Part shown: piece after piece, positions 1-6,868 of the stretch | How the letters are laid out: every line of letters starts with the position of its first letter | How positions within the stretch are numbered: position 1 is the first letter of the stretch | Origin: Thermoplasmata archaeon | GTDB taxonomy: Archaea > Thermoplasmatota > Thermoplasmata > GCA-020350865 | Length of the DNA: 11,589 bases | Reading direction: 5' to 3' | Assembly (NCBI GenBank): GCA_020348445.1 | Contig: CP070751.1 | Span: forward strand, 3,832,076 to 3,843,664 | Position numbers and translations under genes: made by a program | The notes under the pieces: generated by a model | Told to the model about the DNA's origin: nothing | The model's database searches: none | Seen by the model: the letters and a program-made list of their open reading frames with translations, nothing else

Positions 1-1
1 G

Positions 2-1342
2 AATTATTCTCTAAACCTTGGCATGAACACCCCTTTCACAGAACAATTTGAAATCTCCACCGAAGGATGGGTAGACGGGGGAAATTTGGTACAAATCAAT
101 GCGCGGGACATCCTTGGAAACTCGAATTCATCCTGGTTTTTCTTTTATATCGATTCAACACCTCCAGAGATTCTTCTGAATTCACCTCAGGACAACTCCA
201 TAATCCAGGGCGGAACGATTCTTGACTTCTCATTAAATGAGCCAAATCCACAGCAAGTCAATTACTCCATTAACGGAGGTCCAGCTATATCATTCTCAAC
301 TCCTTTTGATATTTCAACAGCTGACTGGGAAGAAGGAGGTTACGACATTCAAATCAATGTACAGGATATGGTAGGCCATATACGCAGCTTCTCGTATAAA
401 TTCATGATCGATTCCACACCACCTCAAATCTGGGTAAATCCCGTCCTCAACCATTCCATAATCCCTGTAGGGACATTAATTGAACTCAACTCCCTGGATA
501 TTGATTTGGAAGCAATATGGTATGCAGTTGATGAAGGGGATTTTTCTTTGGTCTCACATCCCCGCACCATCGATACCTCCACTATTTCCCACGGAACACA
601 TTATATCATAATAAAAGCACAGGATACTGTGGGAAACGAAGGATCACAGTGGATCAAAATCACAATCGATGCACTTCGTCCATATGTTGTTTCAACAATC
701 CCATCCAATCAATCAACTGATATCGATCTCAACACCACGATCACAATATATTTCAGTGAGCCCATGGACACAACGTATACCGCGGATTTTATAAACATAA
801 CTCCTGACATAGAATTTTCCTTAAAATGGGAACTAAATGGGACGAAATTAATTGTTTTATTTGGACAAAACAACCTAACACAAAATACTACCTACCACCT
901 TAAAATCCACAGGGGAATCATAGATTTCAATGGCACTCACATGGCCTCTGATTTCGAGTTGGTATTTACAACCCGTGCCGAGCCAGCCAAACCATCTACA
1001 GAGCCTCAACCCTCACCCACTTCTGAGACATCGTTCCCACTTTTGATCCTTGCCCTTTTTGCCATAATAATTGCAGTTATAATCATACTGGCTGTGTTTA
1101 TTGTAAAGAAAAGGAGGGAAGAAAAGGAGGAGGAAACCGAGATTTCTGAGGATGAAGAGGAGGATTATGAGGAAGAACCTTCAAAGAAAAAACCTTCTGA
1201 GGAGGAAGAAAGACATGCCAAAATAATTAGGAAGTTGAAATGTCCAAAATGCAAGAAGATATTTAAAATAGTTAGTGAAGAAAGGCCAGTGCATGTGACC
1301 TGCCCCAAATGCCAAAAGACATTTAAAATGCCTGAACAGTAA
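2..1342 (+). CDS. Membrane-anchored Ig-like repeat surface protein with SbsA-type (Big_5-like) domain, TM helix, acidic linker and C-terminal zinc ribbon (5'-partial)
   Basis: The frame is open upstream of ATG 23 (NYSLNLG-M from base 2), and that stretch matches the NYSING part of the next repeat, so the gene begins before the window. ID(S/A)xxP repeat starts at 149, 407 and 665 are each 258 nt (86 aa) apart. RPYVVSTIPSNQSTDIDLNTTITIYFSEPMD...FTT is typical of Big_5. A P/S/T/E linker follows, then a 22-aa hydrophobic helix (1040-1105), KKRR, an E/D-rich tract and CPKC-x16-CPKC (1241-1312). Confidence 0.88.
   Translation, partial: NYSLNLGMNTPFTEQFEISTEGWVDGGNLVQINARDILGNSNSSWFFFYIDSTPPEILLNSPQDNSIIQGGTILDFSLNEPNPQQVNYSINGGPAISFSTPFDISTADWEEGGYDIQINVQDMVGHIRSFSYKFMIDSTPPQIWVNPVLNHSIIPVGTLIELNSLDIDLEAIWYAVDEGDFSLVSHPRTIDTSTISHGTHYIIIKAQDTVGNEGSQWIKITIDALRPYVVSTIPSNQSTDIDLNTTITIYFSEPMDTTYTADFINITPDIEFSLKWELNGTKLIVLFGQNNLTQNTTYHLKIHRGIIDFNGTHMASDFELVFTTRAEPAKPSTEPQPSPTSETSFPLLILALFAIIIAVIIILAVFIVKKRREEKEEETEISEDEEEDYEEEPSKKKPSEEEERHAKIIRKLKCPKCKKIFKIVSEERPVHVTCPKCQKTFKMPEQ
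149..664 (+). repeat. Two complete 86-aa tandem Ig-like repeats (plus a partial third to the left)
   Basis: IDSTPPEILLN...QDMVGH and IDSTPPQIWVN...QDTVGN; the upstream partial copy ends RDILGN. The period is exactly 258 nt. Confidence 0.8.
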
Positions 1343-1479
1343 AACCAGCAAGATATTTAACTTCTATGATTTATCTTCAATTTGACTAAACTTTACAAGT
1401 AATGGGGAAAGGGATTATTTTGCAAACTAATCATTAACATACCTGTACAATTATATTATCATTATTCAAATATTGCTCT

Positions 1480-1495
1480 AAAAACTATAAATATA
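1480..1495 (+). promoter_or_regulatory. Candidate archaeal BRE-TATA promoter
   Basis: AAAAAC followed by TATAAATA (1486-1493) in the AT-rich 333-nt intergenic region upstream of the protease gene. Confidence 0.35.
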
Positions 1496-1582
1496 ATTCA
1501 AAACATCTATATCAATAACCCTCTAGGAGCGAAGTGAACAATAAAGGGGCGGAGTGGGCTATCAAGTGAATTTGCATTAAGA

Positions 1583-1609
1583 GAACACTATATAAAGGGA
1601 AGGAACACT
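1583..1609 (+). promoter_or_regulatory. TATA-like element flanked by a GAACACT direct repeat
   Basis: GAACACT at 1583-1589 and 1603-1609 (20-bp period), with TATATAAAG at 1589-1597 between them. Confidence 0.3.
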
Positions 1610-1651
1610 TTAAGAAAAAAATATGCAAAAAAGCATCCCGAACTCCATTAA

Positions 1652-1661
1652 TACATATGTA
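1652..1661. promoter_or_regulatory. Perfect 10-bp palindrome TACATATGTA, candidate operator
   Basis: Self-complementary sequence ending 14 nt before ATG 1676 and overlapping a TTAATA element (1648-1653). Confidence 0.3.
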
Positions 1662-1675
1662 CTCATATATACCAG

Positions 1676-4600
1676 ATGGTGGCGACCATGCGAAAAACTG
1701 TCATATCTCTTTTAATTGTTAGCATTATGATAAGTGCGAATTTCATAGGAATGATTATGTTCGACACCAAGGATGGCATAAAAGATTCCTTGGATAATGA
1801 TGATGAGGATTTAATCCTGGATTTTCAAGAAGATAACCAAGAGAGCATATCATACGTTCCTGACAAAGATACTGAAAAAAATTGGGCCGAAGGTGAGATA
1901 CCATGGCATATTCTTTCTTCGGACAGCAACCCCTCAGCCAAGCTGTTTCTTGACCAGGGCATATTAGCAATTGAATTCCGATTGCCAAAAATGGAATTTG
2001 AAAAGACCTCCTACGGAGAGATCATAAATCTAGAAGGTTGTGATCCTTTACTTGAGCCTGGGAATCCTTTGGTCCCATTGTGCAAGTTCTTTGTTGCGGT
2101 TCCATCCGGCTCTGAAGTAAAAGACTTGGAAATAGTTGAGGCACAAACCAGAATCCTGGAAGGAAACCATATCATCGCGCCCTATATTCCCATGACTTTA
2201 GACGGCCAAATGCTACCTATTCAAGCAAATGCCGATGTGTACACAAGCTCAGCTCTATTCCCTGATAGTGTCTATGAAATCTCTGGACCAAACAAACTCC
2301 GACACTTAGACGCTCTTGAAATTTCGCTTTATCCTGTTAGGATTAGGCCTGCCATGGAAACTGTCGAGGTTTGCGATCTTCTGAGGATTAAAATCGAGCT
2401 TGAAGCCACTGACGGGACACAATTGGCTCCACCTTCTGTTTCTGTAAATGACGACCTTGACAGAAGTATGCTTAAATTGATTGTCAATTCAGGGGATGTG
2501 AACCTCTGTACCTCATACGAATCCACACATTCTTCTTCCACCAGAGCCCCTTCTACAATCTACCACACCATGGGCTTTCACATCCTAGCAAATGCCATTC
2601 ACCCAGTAAAGGACACCACAGTGGGCAATTTAGCTGGAGTTACTCTTCTTTCTAAGAACGATGACCAGTACTATGTTGCTGAGGCTGGACAAACCATGTA
2701 CATCGACGGCTTCGACATCGGGTCTGCCAATGTATCTGCATCACTGGATTATGCAGTTCTTCACCTCCAGTACAAAGGCACTGATGGATATGATGGAACA
2801 AGCAAGGTAAGATGGGCATTGGAGGGAGATTCTCTTAAGGAAACCGACATACAGCCAAAGGATCTAAATGACACGGAAAGCCCGGATATGAGTTATGACC
2901 TTCTTGGTTATTTGGGAAGTCCCTCAACTGTATCAGATCTTGCAGATTTGGATATCGAGTATTCAGAGAACGGTGTTTTCGCAGGCTCAAAGGATATACC
3001 ATTTGACTACGTCTGGATAGAATTTGCGTACAGAGAGGAACTTGTTGGAGAATCCAAATATCTCATCATAACGAATTTTGCATTGGCAGATGAATTAAGA
3101 CCACTTGCTGAATTTAAAACTGAAAGATTATCAGTTGACACCCAGGTTTATGATATAGAATGGATAGACGATAATTGGGATGGACCTAATCTTCTACACC
3201 GAATCCGCGATTTTATACGGTCCATGTACGAGAATTACAGCACAGAATATATTCTTCTTGGAGGGGATGAGAATATTATTCCAACCAATGATACAAACTC
3301 TATTTACGATTCCTTTTATGTGGATGTCAATGGATGGGCTTATCCTGACCTTGCTATTGGCCGCTTGCCTACAACCCAGGATGACATCATGGAGGCCATG
3401 GTTAACGACATTCTAGCTCATCAGCGCGACATGCGACCTTGGAAAAGAAATCATTACCTTATTGGAACCAATGTTTTCTCCTCAGGAGACGGACAAAGGG
3501 ACATGTATTATATCAGAGACAACTCCCTTTCGGGCCATGATCTTACATTTTATGAGGACTATGAAATCGAAGGTAACGTTACAAGAACACGAACAATCAA
3601 TACCTATAATCTTGGTATGGGCACAAGTACAATAACAGGCCATGGCTCAAAATATGGATGGTACAAGAACAATGGATCACAGAACTTTTTCAACAAAAAC
3701 GACGTAAACAATTCCTTAACCAATTCTGACATGCGGGGCTTTGTTTGGTCAAGTACATGCTCAAGCGGTGGTTTTGTGGGAAGTTACGTCTGCATAGGTG
3801 AGATGTGGGTGATTGCTAGGGATGGAGGGGGAATCGGATACGTTGGCGCTGCAAAGATTGCGTTGTACTCATCAACAAAGGCATTGTATCGAGGTTTTTG
3901 GGATGCGTTCGATAAATTACTTGATGCAGGAGAAGATCCAACACAGGGGGTGTGCCATTACCTGGGAATGAATAAATGCAATTACAGGATATACGTCCTG
4001 TTCGGTGATCCCCAGGTGGGGCTTACTGCAAGTGATCCGAATCTGGATTTGACAACAGGTTACTTCGATTCAGGCAATTTTGCAGATAGATCATGTTATG
4101 ATCAAGGTGAGCAAGTGAGTATCAAAACAAAAATTCGCTTTCCTGCAAGCACCCTCCCAAGGGGAGTCTATTTCAATCTTACCATAAGAAACGAGGAAGG
4201 GGATGTCTTCCACCTCCCCGAGATATTTGTAAGCGATCCTGATGATCTAGAAGAAACGATATTTTGGAACTGGAGCATTCCTGCAGGAGCACCTAATGGA
4301 GTATATAATATCACATTCCGCATCTACAATACAAGCCAGGGGTGGGAGTCGATATACATAAACGACACCTACTTCTTTGTGGGCTACAATGCATCCATCA
4401 TCTGGGTGGAGCAGGTATATTCAGAGGTAATCGAGGGTGATACTGTACTGTATTGGGTTCATATGGATAACGTCTTAAATCCGATTCCATCAGCCACCAT
4501 CAAGATCAGCTTAGAAGGAAGGGATTATGACCCATATATGACCCCTTTTAATTATTACGGCTCAAATACCACATCAATACCCACTGCCATGGATTTTATA

Positions 4601-6799
4601 GTGGAGGTCGAGATACCTGTATTTGAGCCTGGTACCTACAATGTGACAGCAGAATTGTATGTTAATTGGGCCCATATGGACTCGGCAGCAGGAGACGAGA
4701 CCGAGGTTCGGGGAATACGCATTTTGAATGTAGAATTCAATCACCCCATCTACTTTAGAGAGGATACAGTCGAGATCAGCTTCCATTACTTTGCATTCTC
4801 TGATTTTACTGGAGATGCTATTCTTGATGCAGAGGAGCAAGCCTCTCTGCTTTGCGATCCATGCAATTTCTATAACGGAACCAACTGGCTCAATTTCACT
4901 TGGACTGTACCCAAGTTCCTGCCAAATGATACATACAATCTCCACATGGAAGTAAACGGTCTAGGAAGAAGCCTAGAGACAGGTACAAAATCCATGAGGG
5001 TTGTTACAATTCGGGAAATACTTGATAAAGGTGAGCGATGGCTCATACCCATGCAGCAGCCAGGTGGAGGATGGAATGAGTCACTGTGGAGCTGGCCACC
5101 AGGTCCAAATTACAATGAGACTGCAAGGGTAATGCAGGCTCTTTTATGGTCAGGGATGGATCAATCAGATCCTGTAATACAGCAGGCTGCAGATTATATT
5201 GAGGATAGCCTGAACCTCAGCAGACCCGGAAGAATCGACAATTTTGCCCAGACCATATGGGCCATGGTGGAGGCTGGACGTGGATCTTCACCTAAGATCC
5301 AGGACTCACAAGAGGTCATTCGTAATATGCAGAATTGGATCTTTGAAGAAGAAAATTGGACATTGATATTTAATGGCAATATGAATGATACATGGCTTGT
5401 TAATATATCAGGCTATGATGATGGAGGTGGCCTACTTTATTCCCAGGAATATAGCGGTAAGGTTAATGTATCGTGGGGAGACTTTTGGGTGAACTTCTCT
5501 GTTCTTCCTGGGACAGTAACATTGAACGTGACCATAAATACTTCAGCAGGCTGGGTAAATGCTTTTATTTTTCCTACCTACTTCAAATTAGACCCAAAGA
5601 TGCTATGGGACGGAATTAGGCTGGACGATTCCCAGGGACCTGGTGATGGTATTAAATGGAATTGTACAGCTTCAGAAGAATTCGAATTCGACCGCGGCTG
5701 GGGTAGGCAAAAAGGCCTTGCCTCTCTTGCAGGATTCACAGCCTGGGGAGTCATTGGTCTCTTGCAGTATGGAGTTCTTGGACCCTTCGAACAAGAGGCA
5801 AAAACAACAGGTGTTGAGTGGCTATTGGACAACCAAAGCGCCGACGGCAGCTGGTATCCCATTGGTGAAGATATTGGGTTAATGGGCGGAGGGGAAGAAT
5901 ATCCTGGCGCCCAAGCAGGAGCCTGGGCAGCAGATCCGATTCAGAACACTGCTTTACCTGTGATTGCCCTGGTCGCAAACGGTACACTTGGGCAACCAGT
6001 TGATGATGCAGTTGCCTTCCTTAAATCCCAGCAGGCAGAAAATGGTTCGTATCCCTTCAGTACATGGTCATGGGATCATTCCATTAACGTCATATCAACT
6101 GCGCATACTTTACGGGCATTGAGGCGTACAGGGCATATGTTCGAAGTTAACATGCCATATGTGAGAGAGGGAGCTCGGTGGCTGTGTGCAGCCCAGAGCA
6201 AGTTCACAGGAAATTGGGAAAATTGGGGTAACTTCACACGAGTCGCATCTGAGGCCATGATGGCACTTGCTTGCATTAAACTCTCAAGGACAATGGAGCT
6301 TCAACCAGGTTGGAACCTTATTTCTCTGTCTCTAATTCAGGAAGATACCTCGCTTTCTTATGTTTTGGATTCTATAGATGGTGATTACGATGCTGTGCAG
6401 TGGTACGACCCCACGGATTCTGCTGATTCTTGGAAGCATCACAAAGTGGGCAAGCCCAATGGCAACGACCTATTCAATTTAAATGAGGAAATGGGAATAT
6501 GGATTCATATTACTAATCCTGCTGGTGCCACACTGAGATACAACGGCTTTGTGCCAAAGAGAAATCTAGAAATCGATCTTCATATGGGCTGGAATCTGGT
6601 TGGTTTTCCTTCTCAATGTTATAGGAATAGAACCATGGCCTTGAATAACGTTGATTTTGGTATGGAAGTCGACGCGATCTTGACCTATGATGCACATATA
6701 CAAAAGTGGATTAAGGTGGGAGAGCTGGATTATATAGAACCTGAGGTTGGATACTATATTCATGCAAGGACAGATATCACCTGGGAAGTTACCATCTAG
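1676..6799 (+). CDS. Secreted multidomain C25 (gingipain-family) cysteine peptidase: signal, C25 propeptide, inserted beta domain, catalytic domain, 3 Ig/MG2-like domains, QW-repeat alpha/alpha barrel, tandem GWNL C-terminal domain
   Basis: The N-terminus is MRKT plus a hydrophobic stretch. The likely start is ATG 1688, which has GGTGG 5 nt upstream. The propeptide-like segment is GNPLVPLCKFFVAVPSGS...LEISLYPVRIRP. Catalytic-domain hallmarks are KYLIIT (3056), YILLGGD, DLAIGRLP, TGHG (His656, 3641), STC (Cys695, 3758), GGIGYVG and LFGDP (FGDP at 4001), which match RgpB YVLLVGD/FIGRF/TGHG/VAC/VFGDP. QW-like repeats are WLIPMQQPGGGW, WLLDNQSADGSW, FLKSQQAENGSY and WLCAAQSKFTGNW. Confidence 0.9.
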   Translation: MVATMRKTVISLLIVSIMISANFIGMIMFDTKDGIKDSLDNDDEDLILDFQEDNQESISYVPDKDTEKNWAEGEIPWHILSSDSNPSAKLFLDQGILAIEFRLPKMEFEKTSYGEIINLEGCDPLLEPGNPLVPLCKFFVAVPSGSEVKDLEIVEAQTRILEGNHIIAPYIPMTLDGQMLPIQANADVYTSSALFPDSVYEISGPNKLRHLDALEISLYPVRIRPAMETVEVCDLLRIKIELEATDGTQLAPPSVSVNDDLDRSMLKLIVNSGDVNLCTSYESTHSSSTRAPSTIYHTMGFHILANAIHPVKDTTVGNLAGVTLLSKNDDQYYVAEAGQTMYIDGFDIGSANVSASLDYAVLHLQYKGTDGYDGTSKVRWALEGDSLKETDIQPKDLNDTESPDMSYDLLGYLGSPSTVSDLADLDIEYSENGVFAGSKDIPFDYVWIEFAYREELVGESKYLIITNFALADELRPLAEFKTERLSVDTQVYDIEWIDDNWDGPNLLHRIRDFIRSMYENYSTEYILLGGDENIIPTNDTNSIYDSFYVDVNGWAYPDLAIGRLPTTQDDIMEAMVNDILAHQRDMRPWKRNHYLIGTNVFSSGDGQRDMYYIRDNSLSGHDLTFYEDYEIEGNVTRTRTINTYNLGMGTSTITGHGSKYGWYKNNGSQNFFNKNDVNNSLTNSDMRGFVWSSTCSSGGFVGSYVCIGEMWVIARDGGGIGYVGAAKIALYSSTKALYRGFWDAFDKLLDAGEDPTQGVCHYLGMNKCNYRIYVLFGDPQVGLTASDPNLDLTTGYFDSGNFADRSCYDQGEQVSIKTKIRFPASTLPRGVYFNLTIRNEEGDVFHLPEIFVSDPDDLEETIFWNWSIPAGAPNGVYNITFRIYNTSQGWESIYINDTYFFVGYNASIIWVEQVYSEVIEGDTVLYWVHMDNVLNPIPSATIKISLEGRDYDPYMTPFNYYGSNTTSIPTAMDFIVEVEIPVFEPGTYNVTAELYVNWAHMDSAAGDETEVRGIRILNVEFNHPIYFREDTVEISFHYFAFSDFTGDAILDAEEQASLLCDPCNFYNGTNWLNFTWTVPKFLPNDTYNLHMEVNGLGRSLETGTKSMRVVTIREILDKGERWLIPMQQPGGGWNESLWSWPPGPNYNETARVMQALLWSGMDQSDPVIQQAADYIEDSLNLSRPGRIDNFAQTIWAMVEAGRGSSPKIQDSQEVIRNMQNWIFEEENWTLIFNGNMNDTWLVNISGYDDGGGLLYSQEYSGKVNVSWGDFWVNFSVLPGTVTLNVTINTSAGWVNAFIFPTYFKLDPKMLWDGIRLDDSQGPGDGIKWNCTASEEFEFDRGWGRQKGLASLAGFTAWGVIGLLQYGVLGPFEQEAKTTGVEWLLDNQSADGSWYPIGEDIGLMGGGEEYPGAQAGAWAADPIQNTALPVIALVANGTLGQPVDDAVAFLKSQQAENGSYPFSTWSWDHSINVISTAHTLRALRRTGHMFEVNMPYVREGARWLCAAQSKFTGNWENWGNFTRVASEAMMALACIKLSRTMELQPGWNLISLSLIQEDTSLSYVLDSIDGDYDAVQWYDPTDSADSWKHHKVGKPNGNDLFNLNEEMGIWIHITNPAGATLRYNGFVPKRNLEIDLHMGWNLVGFPSQCYRNRTMALNNVDFGMEVDAILTYDAHIQKWIKVGELDYIEPEVGYYIHARTDITWEVTI
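6290..6796 (+). repeat. Tandem GWNL C-terminal domain, copy 1 (protease)
   Basis: LQPGWNLIS...LHMGWNLVG...GYYIHARTDITWEVTI; GW motifs at 6308 and 6587. Confidence 0.85.
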
Positions 6800-6820
6800 G
6801 CGTTTTTCCCTCTCTATTTT
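6800..6820 (+). terminator. Possible archaeal oligo-T/pyrimidine terminator
   Basis: GCGTTTTTCCCTCTCTATTTT immediately after the TAG of the protease gene. Confidence 0.35.
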
Positions 6821-6825
6821 ACCCA

Positions 6826-6839
6826 GTTTACATGTAAAC
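6826..6839. promoter_or_regulatory. Perfect 14-bp palindrome GTTTACATGTAAAC, candidate transcription-factor operator
   Basis: Exactly self-complementary. It abuts an ATTAAAT element (6841-6847) that lies about 27 nt upstream of ATG 6869. Confidence 0.5.
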
Positions 6840-6840
6840 C

Positions 6841-6868
6841 ATTAAATCTATTATTTATTTTTATATAT
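6841..6868 (+). promoter_or_regulatory. Candidate TATA box(es) for a leaderless transcript of the first beta-helix gene
   Basis: ATTAAAT at about -27 from ATG 6869 and TTTTTATATATA at about -25 from the alternative ATG 6884. No Shine-Dalgarno sequence precedes either start. Confidence 0.35.

Noticed and set aside
1106-1210. Purine-rich GAR repeats as a DNA-level repeat element
   Set aside because: They simply encode the Glu/Lys-rich cytoplasmic linker of gene 1.
1343-1675. tRNA, structured ncRNA, IS ends or CRISPR in the intergenic region
   Set aside because: No cloverleaf, stable hairpin, terminal inverted repeats or repeat-spacer periodicity was found by eye.
4094-4105. CYDQ as an alpha-2-macroglobulin thioester (CxxQ)
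   Set aside because: It lies in the first strand of an MG2-like domain, not at the start of the barrel, and is not CGEQ; most likely coincidental.
5006-6280. Squalene-hopene or oxidosqualene cyclase activity
   Set aside because: QW-like repeats are present, but there is no DxDD/DCTA catalytic motif, only one barrel, and the domain is in an exported protease.
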